A DNA stretch of 64,000 nt from a virus: IMG/VR virus record IMGVR_UViG_3300045988_179014, positions 1-64,000 of that record; one strand, 5' to 3'. Positions 49,956-60,921 of this stretch are shown here, piece by piece (positions within the stretch are counted from its first letter, which is position 1; each line of letters begins with the position of its first letter). The position numbers and the translations under genes are program-made. The notes under the pieces are model-generated. The model saw nothing but the letters and a program-made list of their open reading frames with translations. It had not been told where the DNA came from and searched no databases.

Positions 49956-50951
49956 TTATGACAGCTTATCTATTTCAGACATACTCCACTTCCACATTTT
50001 ATATGCTTTTTCTTTGACGTTTTCCACCCAAGTTTTGAAGTGTTTACCGTCAGAGACAACATCACTAGAAAGAGGATAGCTGCTTTTAATAACTTCAAAA
50101 ATAATAGCACGAGCACGCACGTGGCTGCCTAACGACAAATCCGGTTTCTCAAGTGGTATAGTACGATTACTGTATACATCTATTTGCAGTTGATTGGCAA
50201 TACTGAGCATCGCCTTCGCTATCGCGATTCTTTCTTTTTCGCTGAAGCTGATGTTGTGTTCTCGTTCCCATTCTGTTACGTACCCATAATTTGTGATAAG
50301 GATACCAACGGAACGGTCACCAGGGTCGACTTTACCATCCGAGTTACGAGCAGACCACGGCATGGATTCAGGCGAGTTCTTTGAGGATGTGGATTGATTG
50401 GATGATGTTTTCTTGTTGTTGAGTTCGTCATTGCTCATGGTGTTGGCTGAATAAATTCCTCCAGGAGCAGGGTCTTCTTTCATATTGGTGCGAGCCATTG
50501 AACTAATAGTCCATTCAGACTCATCATCAAACCGAACAGCTGCAAGAGATTTGAAAATGTTGGATTTGGCTGCATTCATGTCACCAGGTGGAGCAACTTC
50601 TGACATTGGCAACGACCGGTCAACGCCTTCTTTACGATGGTTCTCCAATCGAAAATGAATAGGCTCATTGTTGTCATGAGCTTTTTTGACTTTGCTGAGA
50701 ATGGCTTGGTCAGGAACCCATCCAGAAGGCAAATATTGACTGTTGTCAACTTTGAATTTAATGTTGTGTGAATTTCCTTTTTTGGAAGTTTCGATTTCTG
50801 CTACATGACCGAAGCCGGTAATGACTTTGACTTCTGCTCGCACCCCTTTCTCATCTACTCCATCATAGGAAATAAAGGGTTTCCGGCTGAAGGTTTTCAT
50901 GTCGCCATTATTGTTGGTCATGCGATTCTCCTTGCTTACTTGGCGCGGCAA
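49956..50951 (-). CDS. Hypothetical protein (331 aa)
   Basis: Intact ORF; no motif recognised. Confidence 0.5.
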   Translation of the reverse strand: MPRQVSKENRMTNNNGDMKTFSRKPFISYDGVDEKGVRAEVKVITGFGHVAEIETSKKGNSHNIKFKVDNSQYLPSGWVPDQAILSKVKKAHDNNEPIHFRLENHRKEGVDRSLPMSEVAPPGDMNAAKSNIFKSLAAVRFDDESEWTISSMARTNMKEDPAPGGIYSANTMSNDELNNKKTSSNQSTSSKNSPESMPWSARNSDGKVDPGDRSVGILITNYGYVTEWEREHNISFSEKERIAIAKAMLSIANQLQIDVYSNRTIPLEKPDLSLGSHVRARAIIFEVIKSSYPLSSDVVSDGKHFKTWVENVKEKAYKMWKWSMSEIDKLS

Positions 50952-51051
50952 TTATAGTGTTCAGATACTTCCCTATTTTACCAAAACCCTCTAATACAGA
51001 CATCACATAAACTGTATAAGGGCCAATAAAGATAAAAAAATGACTGTTTAA

Positions 51052-51267
51052 TCATGGGGTGAAAAGTTTCCGAAACCAGCTTTGACCAGAAAACCAATCT
51101 GAAATACCTGTAATAATCCCAACAACACTATTCCAAATCCAAGTGATAACACTGAACGGATTCCAATGAAAGATTTTAAAAACGGCAACCAACAATCCTG
51201 CTAAAACAAGATATAACAAAATTCGTCCAGCTCCTTTAAATACACCGTTTCCGGTTCTTGTCGCCAT
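51052..51267 (-). CDS. Small membrane protein (71 aa)
   Basis: Two hydrophobic helices. Confidence 0.35.
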   Translation of the reverse strand: MATRTGNGVFKGAGRILLYLVLAGLLVAVFKIFHWNPFSVITWIWNSVVGIITGISDWFSGQSWFRKLFTP

Positions 51268-51321
51268 TTCTTACAATCTCCCTAATGAATTTAAATCATG
51301 TTGTTTTCTAACAAAGAATGA

Positions 51322-51855
51322 TTAATCTTCATCTGATGCATCTTCCATATCGTGGATGGCTTCTTGCAATCGAGCATAATCTTCCTCCTGTTTCTTTGCT
51401 CTCATACGGCGCAACTCTCGAAGCTGTTCCCGTTCCGCACGGTCAGGAGGTACACGCAAATGAGCCAGAAAACGGTTTGCGGAAGAGTTTAAATCCATAT
51501 CATCAATGTCAATTTGAAGTTTTGGTCTGCCATCTTCGTCCAACTCGCTTTTAGGAATCAGTTCATAGATTTTTCCAGTTCTTTTATCTCGAACCATATC
51601 AGGCCCTAATTCTGGCATGAACTCATATTTTAACTGTTTAGGTGTAGTATTGTGTTTAGATGTTTTAGTTCGTTTAGCAGATGAACCAGAACTGCTACGT
51701 GTCTTAGACGGTTTTTCAGCAGTTGGTTTAGAAGAGATACCATCAACTACCCTATCTGATTCATCTTGAGAAAGTTTGGAGGCATTCTGGGAGCGTTGAA
51801 GAGGCTTTCTGGGTACACGTGAAGACCCAGAAGGTCTTTGACTGGGAATTGGCAT
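51322..51855 (-). CDS. Hypothetical basic/acidic disordered protein
   Basis: ORF-track ORF 51322..51909. The likelier start is ATG 51855 (MPIPSQRPSG...) with GAGAGG 9 nt upstream. Lys/Ser/Arg-rich N-half and acidic C-terminus. Confidence 0.45.
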   Translation of the reverse strand: MPIPSQRPSGSSRVPRKPLQRSQNASKLSQDESDRVVDGISSKPTAEKPSKTRSSSGSSAKRTKTSKHNTTPKQLKYEFMPELGPDMVRDKRTGKIYELIPKSELDEDGRPKLQIDIDDMDLNSSANRFLAHLRVPPDRAEREQLRELRRMRAKKQEEDYARLQEAIHDMEDASDED

Positions 51856-51919
51856 AATCAATAGCCTCTCTTCTACATTAAACAAACATTGATTAAGGCA
51901 AAATATCAATGGTTTCTAT

Positions 51920-53311
51920 TTACGAACCAAGTAGAGAACCTAGCTCTTTGACTGATGTTATCGTATTGATTTGAATATTAATATGAGCGGTAAGATGCTT
52001 TTGAGCAAATTTTGGAATAATAATACGTTCAAACCCTAAACGTTCTGCTTCCTTGACTTTTTGTTCCACCATGAAAGAACCTCGAACCTGTCCTGTAAGA
52101 CTCAATTCACCAACAAAAGCGGTACGCGTTCTAAATGCTTTTTCTTTGAGAGAGGAAAGAATCGCAGCTGCCAATGCCAAATCCGTTAATGGGTCTTTAA
52201 CATGAATACCGGAAACAGTGCTCATGAAAACATCATTCTCATATAATCTGGTGTTACAGAATTTATCCAAAATAGCACATACAATTTGTCCTCGATTATA
52301 ATTAACTCCACTGAATTGTTTACGTGGTGTGGGCAAATTTGATGAAGTGACCAATGATTGTATCTCAACTGGGATTTGTCTTATACCCTCACTGATGAAA
52401 CTACACGCAGTACCAGGAAGTTTGATTTCATCATCTGTTTCAAGAAGAATGCCACTTGGGTCAGTTACTTCCTGAAGCCCGTTTTCTGCATGTTGAAACA
52501 CTCCCACTTCAGTAGTATCTCCAAAACGATTTTTGGTAGCTCGAAGAAACTTCAAGGGTGTTTCTGAATCCGATTCTAACATGAGTGCGGCATCAACTAT
52601 GTGCTGAATGGACTCTGAACCGGAAAACTCCCCTGACTTGACAATTTGGTTGATGAGAAACATGGTAATTCCCCGAGTTTTGGCCAAATGTGTCAAAGTG
52701 TGTGCTGCTTCTTTGGATTGAGCAACAGAACCAATGGAACTATTGATTGCAGTACTGGCCAGAGTTTGCAAAGAATCCACAATGAGAAAATCTGGTTTTT
52801 CAGCATCAATATGTCCTAATAGTGTTTCCAGATTGGTTTCATTGATGATTCGAATACTGGGATTGCTAACACCCATTCGCTGAGCCCGTAATCCAATTTG
52901 TTGTTCTGATTCTTCCCCTGATGAGTACAGAACTTTCCGGCCCAGAGCAGCAAATCTTTCTGCCATGGCCAACGCGAGGGTGCTTTTGCCGGCCCCTGGT
53001 TGTCCTGCACATAGAACAACTTCTGCATCCACAAAACCTCCACCCAAAACCCTATCCAATTCATTGATTCCCGTTTTGGTTCGTTGTATAGGAGTACTGT
53101 TTAATTCACTGATTGTAGCTGCTCTTTTTAATGGTTTCACAGCTCCAGAAGTTTTCAGCCCTGCACGAGATGGATTGGAGGGACCTTTTGGGGTTGTTGC
53201 TTCTTCCACAAATGTTTGAAATGACCCACAATTAGAACATTTCCCCATAGGTCTTCTAGTGTGTATTGTTTGACATTCAGTACATCTATAAACAGTGGTC
53301 GGTTTAGCCAT
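51920..53311 (-). CDS. radA: DNA repair protein RadA/Sms
   Basis: N-terminal zinc finger CTECQTIHTRRPMGKCSNCG, Walker A GQPGAGKSTLAL, RadA-specific KNRFG motif (ATKNRFGDT) and a Lon-protease-like C-terminal domain; 463 aa. Confidence 0.85.
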   Translation of the reverse strand: MAKPTTVYRCTECQTIHTRRPMGKCSNCGSFQTFVEEATTPKGPSNPSRAGLKTSGAVKPLKRAATISELNSTPIQRTKTGINELDRVLGGGFVDAEVVLCAGQPGAGKSTLALAMAERFAALGRKVLYSSGEESEQQIGLRAQRMGVSNPSIRIINETNLETLLGHIDAEKPDFLIVDSLQTLASTAINSSIGSVAQSKEAAHTLTHLAKTRGITMFLINQIVKSGEFSGSESIQHIVDAALMLESDSETPLKFLRATKNRFGDTTEVGVFQHAENGLQEVTDPSGILLETDDEIKLPGTACSFISEGIRQIPVEIQSLVTSSNLPTPRKQFSGVNYNRGQIVCAILDKFCNTRLYENDVFMSTVSGIHVKDPLTDLALAAAILSSLKEKAFRTRTAFVGELSLTGQVRGSFMVEQKVKEAERLGFERIIIPKFAQKHLTAHINIQINTITSVKELGSLLGS

Positions 53312-53420
53312 GTTAGCATTCTATCAACCAAGACTATTTTGTTACTGAATTGTTGTGGTTTTCACATATACAACAATCCGTGTTTTGAAGTATTGACTTA
53401 ATGATTGAACAGCTCTAATT

Positions 53421-53969
53421 CTAGGAAACATCTTCCAGTATTGTCACTGAACTGACATTGGAGTGAATATTTTGGTCTGACACATCATTGTTTATGCTAG
53501 AAACAGTGTTGAGTGCGAAACCTCTGAAACACAATGAACCAATAGCGTGCTTCGTTGCCTCAGTCAATTCTGCATCCTCAACTATCAACTTACGAAAACT
53601 ATCATAACTTGTTTTGTTGCCAACAAAGTATTGATTGATTATGTCATTGGTATTGGCGATAGAGTCAATGGCTTGAACAGGCATTTTCCCATAAGTGTTT
53701 AATGCAGCAAGAATACGTTCTTGTTCAGCTGTAAGAAGAGTTGATGTAGTAGTACCATGAGAGGTCGCGGTTGAACAAGAATTTTGAATTGGTTTTTCTG
53801 CTTTGTTCAATGTCTCGTCCAAATTGTTGGAATAGTTCGTGCTGTTGTTCTCGTCATGAAGATGATGACAAGTTTCCTCTGTTGTTGAACAAGGTTTTAC
53901 TTTTTGGTGATTGTTAGTGTGGTATTTCATCATGTTGCGCCTCCTCTCCATAATATCTTGTTTCGTCAT
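53421..53969 (-). CDS. Hypothetical protein (182 aa; His/Asn/Thr-rich N-terminus)
   Basis: ORF; LTAEQERILAAL weakly resembles an HTH-like segment. Confidence 0.4.
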   Translation of the reverse strand: MTKQDIMERRRNMMKYHTNNHQKVKPCSTTEETCHHLHDENNSTNYSNNLDETLNKAEKPIQNSCSTATSHGTTTSTLLTAEQERILAALNTYGKMPVQAIDSIANTNDIINQYFVGNKTSYDSFRKLIVEDAELTEATKHAIGSLCFRGFALNTVSSINNDVSDQNIHSNVSSVTILEDVS

Positions 53970-53975
53970 CTTTAT

Positions 53976-54863
53976 TCATTGTCCAATAGTCATGTCTAAA
54001 ATGATTTTTCCCAAAGATACTAAACTCAATACAAGAAAAGCAGGAACAAAAAGGTAATTCTCTACGGGTCCTCCTGCTTTGATGGGCAGGAAGCGTGTCG
54101 TCCACCAGAATTTTCCTCTTAGAACAGCTGATAAAGGAAACAGAATAGGGGCTCCTGCGGTGGTGAAACAATCCCCTAAAACATGGATGGCGCTCCCAAA
54201 AGCTACCGCAACACCGAGCCACCAGAAATCGGTTTCGACAGGAATATTGGTCATGATAAGCACAGCAATGATAGCTGAAACTGTTAATGCAACTATTTCA
54301 CCTATTGCAACAGATTTCTTGATTTTATCCATTGCCTCTTTCATCAAGGTGGACAATGTCAAATGTACCAGAACAGCAAGAATCAAAAAGGCAAAGAAAG
54401 CCCCCCAAGTAATGTTGCCCAAGAATGGAAGTGTTATGTTGCCTTCAATTCGCGTCAACATCCACACAATGAAACCCAGAAGTAAACACGCAGGAAGAGT
54501 GTGCCATGCTCCTCGGTGTGGATTAGGGTCAGGGTCATCACGTTTGGTGCGAATGGTTGTTTGCAAAACAGTTGATGTAGTTCGGAACAAACCACTGAGA
54601 ACAATACCAAAAGGACCTAAATCACTTTTGGCTCTGGATGATGTGTTGTCAAGGTCAGGGATGAGAACACTCCCTGTAGCGGCAAGAATCGCAGCAGCAA
54701 AAACCCAGCCATTGTGCGTATTGAGAACATTTCCCACAACGCCAGGAACAAAAGCAATACAGGCCAAGGTGATTCCAAGAGCACTGATGGCATGTGTATA
54801 GCCCATGAAACCATCATCAGATTTCGTTCTTGTTCCCATATGGTGCCGTAACAGATGCAACAT
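53976..54863 (-). CDS. Polytopic membrane protein (possibly membrane-bound metal-dependent hydrolase, YdjM-like)
   Basis: 295 aa with 7 or more hydrophobic helices and His-rich ends. Family assignment is tentative. Confidence 0.4.
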   Translation of the reverse strand: MLHLLRHHMGTRTKSDDGFMGYTHAISALGITLACIAFVPGVVGNVLNTHNGWVFAAAILAATGSVLIPDLDNTSSRAKSDLGPFGIVLSGLFRTTSTVLQTTIRTKRDDPDPNPHRGAWHTLPACLLLGFIVWMLTRIEGNITLPFLGNITWGAFFAFLILAVLVHLTLSTLMKEAMDKIKKSVAIGEIVALTVSAIIAVLIMTNIPVETDFWWLGVAVAFGSAIHVLGDCFTTAGAPILFPLSAVLRGKFWWTTRFLPIKAGGPVENYLFVPAFLVLSLVSLGKIILDMTIGQ

Positions 54864-54950
54864 TTTTACAACCCTTCTTGTTGTGGGAAAATCATTGGAA
54901 AAATATCACAGAAATAGAATTCCAATTCATCCTGTTTCAACAAGTGTTTA

Positions 54951-57422
54951 TTACATTGTGAATACATCATAGCTTCCCAAAATTACATCCATTGTGAAAT
55001 CCACACCCCTGTATGAACGTTTTACAACAGGTGGAAGGTTTATAGTGTTGTGTGTTGCTCGGGAGACACATGCTGCAACATTTGTACCTGCATAAGCTGT
55101 TACCAGTTTTTCTTCTCCTGGTTTGAAGATTTGAGTTGCTACACCCATTGTGCCTTTCCCTTTAGGCGGAATCTCAGACAACAATGTACGTTTAATAGTT
55201 TTTCCAGAATAAGTCACTATCATATTCTCAGTGTTTTTAAGGGAATCGGCCCAACCAAAACTGATAACTGCATCATCGTCTGATTTCAGCTTCATGCCTC
55301 GCACACCACCAGCTTTGTGTCCAGTTTCTCGAACACTCTTGGCATCAAACACCAAAACATTACCAGCTTTGGAAACGAATACGAAATAGCTCCCTGTCAA
55401 TGCTCTACCAAGCCAACGACAATCCACCACTTCATCTTTTTCGTCCAATGTGATAACTGGAAATTCTTCACGGTTTGGAAAATCACATTTGGAAATTTTC
55501 ACTCCACCATTGCGTGTTCCCAAAGCTAAACCAACATCTGATTTCATTGGGTCTACTTTGGCCATTCCAACAATGTGAACACTTTTATCAAGTTCCAACC
55601 CCAAATCAACAGCATTAACAGCTCTATCAGTGCCCAAGAATGACAGAGGAACTTTGTGCCCTATACCATCACTGCTGACAATAACCAGACTATCTTTGGT
55701 TTTCATCTTGATTTGTTCAACAACTGGAGTGTGAAGAAGTTTTCTGCTGTTGGGTTCATAACCAAATGGGCTTTCGCTTTTCAGGAGTGTACCATTGGCG
55801 AATCGTGTCACATAGCAGGTCAAGTTCTTGTCACCATTACGATTGGCTGCGGCGACTTCTTTTGCTTGAGCTTTCACATCTTCAGAGGTCAGACCCAAGA
55901 TTTTGCTACGACGTGTGTCCCCAATGGTTTTCAACGTGGAGCGAAGGTCAGCATCCACACGCTCAATCAGCTTGTTCGCATCAGACATAACCGCTTGTTC
56001 ATTGGTTTTTTCCGTATCCAATTTCGCTTTCTCTTCTTTGATGGCCAACGAATCTGCTTTGGTAAGCCGACGTAACTGCATGGAAAGAATGTATTCAGCT
56101 TGTTCTTTGCTGATTTTGAAGGTTTTCTGCAATTTGACACATGCAGTCTCCGAAGTGTCAGCTTTACGAATAATGGAAATAGCCTTATCAATGTCAACCA
56201 GTACAGCTAACATTGCGTCCAGTTGTATTAATCGTTCCTCAATCTTACCCAGTCTGTGTTCAGCTTTTTGCATAGTGCAGGTTTTACGGAACTCAATGAA
56301 ACCGCGAAGCATATCCAAAATGGGGGATTGTACTGGATGGTTGTCCAACAGAACCGTATTGTTCACTGAGAATGGAATTTGCAGTGGTGTGGTTTTGAAC
56401 AGCTCATTGATTACTTGTAAATGGTTTGACCCTTGAGTGGTTTCAAACACCAACCGTAATCCGTGTTTCATATCAGTCAAATCTTTTACTGATGAAATGC
56501 CTTTTGTCAGCTTTTCGTTGGCAGGAACACTGACTTTCTTTCCACGTACTGTTTTCTCTTGTGAGGTTCTCAATTCAGACACTTTGGTCATGACTTGTTC
56601 TGCTGACACTCCATAAGGAAGTTCATGGAAAATGATTTTTACACGTCCGCGAGTCAAATGTTCAATTTTGTAACGTGCACGAATAATAAACCTGCCATTG
56701 CCAGTTTCATAATAGTTTTTGATTCCATCTATCTCCAGAATCTCCCCACCTGTTGGAAAATCAGGACCAGGCATTATTTTGAGCAATTCGTCAACAGTCA
56801 ATTCCGGATTGTGCAGTAGAGCAATACAGGCTTCCATGACCTCTGTGGGATTATGGCTTGGTATTTTGGATGCAAAACCAACGGCGAGTCCTTGTGTACC
56901 GTTGATGATGTCATTTGGCCAACGAACGGGAAGCAGTACAGGTTCCACTTTGGTTCCATCAAAATTGGGAACCAACTCAACAGCTCCTTCTTTGCTTTCT
57001 TGAAGAAGCTCCATTGCCGCTTTAGTGAGTCTGGCTTCCCAGTACCGTGGAGCGGCTGGTTTGTCACCTGTTACGAAACCTACTGTTCCCGATGGCTCAA
57101 TCAACGGAACACGGAGAGAGAAGTTCTGGGCCATTCGTGCCAAAGCGTCCGAGATTGAAGCATCACCATGAGGGTGGTAATTGTTGGCATCAGATGCAAC
57201 AATCTGAGCTTTCTTGTGACTAGAGTTGGGACCCAAACCTGAATCATACATGCTCCACAAAATACGACGATTAACAGGCTTCAATCCATCCTCAGCCAAT
57301 AATGCTCGGTCACGGATGGTGTAAAGAGCATAAACAATGTACTCATTAGGTAACCACTCATGTACTGGTTGACGAACAATTTCAGCAGCAATTTGATTTG
57401 TGGTCTTTTTCTCTTTAGCCAT
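54951..57422 (-). CDS. Type IIA topoisomerase subunit A (GyrA/ParC family)
   Basis: 823 aa with YHPHGDASI, active-site region AAPRYWEARLTKAAMEL (catalytic Tyr in the RYxE context) and a C-terminal beta-pinwheel region. No gyrB/parE is adjacent in the window, so GyrA and ParC cannot be told apart. Confidence 0.85.
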   Translation of the reverse strand: MAKEKKTTNQIAAEIVRQPVHEWLPNEYIVYALYTIRDRALLAEDGLKPVNRRILWSMYDSGLGPNSSHKKAQIVASDANNYHPHGDASISDALARMAQNFSLRVPLIEPSGTVGFVTGDKPAAPRYWEARLTKAAMELLQESKEGAVELVPNFDGTKVEPVLLPVRWPNDIINGTQGLAVGFASKIPSHNPTEVMEACIALLHNPELTVDELLKIMPGPDFPTGGEILEIDGIKNYYETGNGRFIIRARYKIEHLTRGRVKIIFHELPYGVSAEQVMTKVSELRTSQEKTVRGKKVSVPANEKLTKGISSVKDLTDMKHGLRLVFETTQGSNHLQVINELFKTTPLQIPFSVNNTVLLDNHPVQSPILDMLRGFIEFRKTCTMQKAEHRLGKIEERLIQLDAMLAVLVDIDKAISIIRKADTSETACVKLQKTFKISKEQAEYILSMQLRRLTKADSLAIKEEKAKLDTEKTNEQAVMSDANKLIERVDADLRSTLKTIGDTRRSKILGLTSEDVKAQAKEVAAANRNGDKNLTCYVTRFANGTLLKSESPFGYEPNSRKLLHTPVVEQIKMKTKDSLVIVSSDGIGHKVPLSFLGTDRAVNAVDLGLELDKSVHIVGMAKVDPMKSDVGLALGTRNGGVKISKCDFPNREEFPVITLDEKDEVVDCRWLGRALTGSYFVFVSKAGNVLVFDAKSVRETGHKAGGVRGMKLKSDDDAVISFGWADSLKNTENMIVTYSGKTIKRTLLSEIPPKGKGTMGVATQIFKPGEEKLVTAYAGTNVAACVSRATHNTINLPPVVKRSYRGVDFTMDVILGSYDVFTM

Positions 57423-57530
57423 TCTTTCTCCATCGGATTATGCTCTGGTGTCAAACAACTCTAGTATTTTATCGAAAACAGCTTCCAACAGGACAAAACA
57501 ACCCAATACAGCCAGCAACGAAAAGCTCTC

Positions 57531-57670
57531 CTGTAACGCCCCTTGAATAGGTCAGATTCCACCTAGCTTATTCAGGGGCGTTTTTCGTGTTTTCAGGAAA
57601 TTTTACATGAAATCCTTGTTTATGATACCTACATCAGGAAGCAACAAAATCTTGCTTAAAACGACTCCTG
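57531..57670 (-). repeat. Copy B (inverted) of the about 140-bp repeated module
   Basis: Reverse complement aligns to 8131-8270 at about 88% identity. Contains hairpin aacgccccttgaatag...cttattcaggggcgtt + TTTTT, then AGGAAA RBS and an ATG at 57607. Confidence 0.7.
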
Positions 57671-57792
57671 ATGTGCTTGGACAAGAACGTGTCAAACGTG
57701 TATTTCAAAAACATGGTAGATACCCAGAAAACGAAATAACCACTAATGAAGAAAAATTAAAACAACCATATGGTATTGAGTATGTCATATGA
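57607..57792 (+). CDS. Small ORF (61 aa) with N-terminus MKSLFMIPTSGS conserved with the small ORF in repeat copy A
   Basis: The first 12 codons match the copy-A small ORF (MKSLFMIPASGS...; minus strand about 8196-8095), then diverge. RBS present. Confidence 0.3.
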   Translation: MKSLFMIPTSGSNKILLKTTPDVLGQERVKRVFQKHGRYPENEITTNEEKLKQPYGIEYVI

Positions 57793-58088
57793 ATTGTGAT
57801 TACACATTCATGAATACACAGTGAATCATGTCACAATCAAAAAATGGATGGCGACTGGTTTGTTTGTTGGTTTGCAAGGTTTTATCCTGTTTATTGTCTT
57901 GAACCAATTCGATTGACTAAGACAATTCAAATAAGTTCGTAAAGAACAGTAAAACTTGTGTACACATTCAACAATCAATGATGTAATATACAAAGTATTA
58001 ACAATTTGGAACGTCATGTGTATGGAAACAGAATGTTCATAAATTCCAAACAATGAACAACAAACTGGTTGTATTGTCACGAATGGTT

Positions 58089-58577
58089 TCAGCGGAAGTC
58101 ACGCATAGCATCCAAATTCAAACCGCTGGATAAACATGGTTGCACATTTGGTTTGTCTTCAACCACTGTGCCCAACATTGAAACCATCAAACTAGGAGGC
58201 ATGCCATTACTGCTTTCACGGAAAACTTCCATCAAATCGTTAGCACTCAAACGAAGGCCTTCTTGAGCTGCATTCTCCAAACCAGAAACCGCTTCTTTCA
58301 ACTCGGTTTCATCCACATCCAATGAATCCAACAGAAACAAAACAACATGTAGTGGCTGAACATATGGTGACAATTTATTAACAAACTGAACAAGCCCACT
58401 GGGTATTAGTCCATCAATAATTCGCAAACTGTCACGTTGTTCCAAGAGCTGTGATTCCTGCCCACTGATAGGAGAAGCAGGCGTTCCTTGTTCAATCAAT
58501 TTACGAAGAAAAACAGGTCGTAATTCTAGTTCGCTGAAATCATTCATGTTATTTGCCTTCTTGTTTTCTATCGGCAA
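58089..58577 (-). CDS. Hypothetical protein (162 aa)
   Basis: Intact ORF. Confidence 0.45.
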   Translation of the reverse strand: MPIENKKANNMNDFSELELRPVFLRKLIEQGTPASPISGQESQLLEQRDSLRIIDGLIPSGLVQFVNKLSPYVQPLHVVLFLLDSLDVDETELKEAVSGLENAAQEGLRLSANDLMEVFRESSNGMPPSLMVSMLGTVVEDKPNVQPCLSSGLNLDAMRDFR

Positions 58578-58592
58578 ATATCAATGCTGAAA

Positions 58593-59165
58593 TCAGTCGA
58601 AGTTCTTAGAAACCCAATTCATGACATCACTCATGGAAAATCCGCGTCCCACCAAATGCCGTACAGCTTTTTGTCGTGCTTTAACTGTATCCAATTTTTG
58701 AAATGATGATGAATGAAGAAGTTTGCTCCCCACCCTGTTCAAAGCATCCAGTTCCGCTTCCTCATCTTTCAACACTTCATCCAAAGCATGATTGACTTGC
58801 TCCATGCTGAACTTTTGCTCATAAAGTTTGGAACGTATGACTGTTGCGCCTTTACCCTGTCTCAACAATGATTCCGCTCTATTGATTGCCAAAGAAAAAT
58901 CATCCAGAATCAGCAGGTCTTTCAACTTTTGGATACACTCTTCCACCATGTCATGTGATGTTGTGGTCCCATCAGATTGAGCAACTGATACTGATTCTTT
59001 TGGATAACCTTTCATATAGAGTTTTTCCCGAATTTGGTTACTGTTGCGACCATAATTCATTGTGTAGTATAAAGCGCTATTGTAGGCATGGCGACTCAAT
59101 TCATCATATTCTTCCAATGCCAATGGCCGGTCAAATAGAACATGTACTTTCTTGGCTCTTTTCAT
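58593..59165 (-). CDS. RecX-like regulatory protein
   Basis: 190 aa built from three-helix repeats with the RecX signature spacing: ...REKLYMKGYPKE..., ...LLRQGKGATVIRSKLYEQKFSMEQVNHAL..., ...KARQKAVRHLVGRGFSMSDVMNWV. No recA in the window. Confidence 0.5.
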   Translation of the reverse strand: MKRAKKVHVLFDRPLALEEYDELSRHAYNSALYYTMNYGRNSNQIREKLYMKGYPKESVSVAQSDGTTTSHDMVEECIQKLKDLLILDDFSLAINRAESLLRQGKGATVIRSKLYEQKFSMEQVNHALDEVLKDEEAELDALNRVGSKLLHSSSFQKLDTVKARQKAVRHLVGRGFSMSDVMNWVSKNFD

Positions 59166-59185
59166 GTTTTCATTTTCTCAAACAT

Positions 59186-59482
59186 TCACGACACTTTGGT
59201 CAGTTCATCCTGAAATGTAGCAGAAACATGTCCATGGCGTATTTTCTCAACTTGGTTACTGACAACTTGGGGGTCAAATGTTGGAGGGTTGGTATCAGAC
59301 AAACCCATAATGAAACCAATAACAAACAACACCAAAACATAAACTACAGGAATAACAATCCCTATAATCAAAACACGGCGCAGAAGCTTTTCTTTACGAT
59401 AAATGATGTTATCATTGTCAACAGATGTGGATACAGTATCAACATCAACAGTAGAAGACGAATGCTGTATAGAAGAATCCAT
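59186..59482 (-). CDS. Small membrane protein (98 aa, one TM)
   Basis: Hydrophobic helix LIIGIVIPVVYVLVLFVIGFIMGL. Confidence 0.4.
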   Translation of the reverse strand: MDSSIQHSSSTVDVDTVSTSVDNDNIIYRKEKLLRRVLIIGIVIPVVYVLVLFVIGFIMGLSDTNPPTFDPQVVSNQVEKIRHGHVSATFQDELTKVS

Positions 59483-59662
59483 TACAGTGAACCTCCAATG
59501 ATTGGTTACTGTTTAAACATATCCACCACATCATTTAGCAGTCAGTCGTATTTGTGCCTAATACCAAAACATTACAGCAGTTATTGGTTCTCAAGATGAC
59601 TTTGAATAGTCAGAAACCAGTTACAATCAAATGTTGGCACACTCGATTGTTTCGTTGTATAT

Positions 59663-60655
59663 TTATAGTAGTTCCACGCCTTTTAGCAGAACTTCAGTTT
59701 CAGGTTGAGCTGCAAACGCTTCCTGCATCTTTGCATACGGTTTGACCATCGCTTGAGGACAGGCACGAACCAAAGGACACCAACTGCAAAGAAAAGATGG
59801 ACTGAACTCAAACCAATTCGTTTCAATCATGTTGTCAAGACGGGTGTCAGCTTCCTCAACATTTTTGATAACCCGTTGCATCAATGCCTCATCAGTACAG
59901 TCAACATTCACAATTGTTCGTGCTACAGGGTAAATGAGTCGTGCTCCACTCACCTGAATCCCGTGTTGTTCCAGCAGCATTTTGTACATCAACTGTTGGC
60001 GCTGCTCAGCCAAACCCTCCTCAGATTTTGTTGTAGGGTTCCATCGCTTTGCCTTGCTCCCAGTTTTCCAGTCTTCAATGAGAACTGAACCATCATTCTT
60101 TCGAACATCCAACACCAAACGGTCCACAAACCCCACCACAGGTCGTTTTGCAGTCCCAATAGTCCCTTTGACGAAAACTTCCAAACCTTTCTGTACTGTA
60201 TCGGTTTTGTCTCCAATGGCAATATTGGCCACAATCACTTTTTGAGGGTCCCCACCCATTCTGTAATACCCATTCACAGCTTCACGGACCCAATTCAGTA
60301 CATCTTTATTGTCACGCAAATCCCTGAAATCATCACTGTCCAATGTTGCAGTTACCAGTTCTTTCACTTGAGCTTTGGTGCGCTGTTCAGGCTCCAATGC
60401 GAACAAATCTTCCATTATCTTGTGGAAAATGGACCCACGACGTGCAGCTGTATCTGACAATTCCTCAATAATCTCATCCTTGACAAAAGATTCAAACAAC
60501 CAGCGAGCAGCACAACTGGTTTCACCTACCAAAGCTGTTACCAACGAAGCGGAAAGATTCTTTTTCTCTAGTTTGTCAGACACTTTCTGTGATAATACAT
60601 GCAAACCGTGTTCATCCATAGACACCAAGGGCAAAGGGTTAAGAACGTCTTTCAT
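59663..60655 (-). CDS. PD-(D/E)xK nuclease with Fe-S cysteine cluster (Cas4/AddB/RecB-nuclease-domain-like)
   Basis: N-terminal Cys (ETSCAARW). Nuclease motifs GFVDRL (motif II D), LIEDWKTG (motif III E-x-K) and QLMYKML (QxxxY). C-terminal CSWCPLVRACP (CxxCxxxxxC), the Cas4/AddB 4Fe-4S arrangement. Confidence 0.6.
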   Translation of the reverse strand: MKDVLNPLPLVSMDEHGLHVLSQKVSDKLEKKNLSASLVTALVGETSCAARWLFESFVKDEIIEELSDTAARRGSIFHKIMEDLFALEPEQRTKAQVKELVTATLDSDDFRDLRDNKDVLNWVREAVNGYYRMGGDPQKVIVANIAIGDKTDTVQKGLEVFVKGTIGTAKRPVVGFVDRLVLDVRKNDGSVLIEDWKTGSKAKRWNPTTKSEEGLAEQRQQLMYKMLLEQHGIQVSGARLIYPVARTIVNVDCTDEALMQRVIKNVEEADTRLDNMIETNWFEFSPSFLCSWCPLVRACPQAMVKPYAKMQEAFAAQPETEVLLKGVELL

Positions 60656-60921
60656 ACCAACATTTTACCTGCTGCAAACACCTAAACTAGCAAAAACCTC
60701 CATTTAATGAGCGTATTTGCTGCCCAATGTTCTTTCTTAAAGATTGTAGATAGTCAATGCCGACCGAACCACATACTCGTTTCATATGTTGTTGGAAAAC
60801 AAATGCAAATTAGCAGTATTCACCAATCCGAGAATAAGTTGTTTCATGTCATCAGATTCGTATTGTGAATAATTAGGAGAATTAGCAACATATCACTATG
60901 AATAACGAATTCAGTTATTTA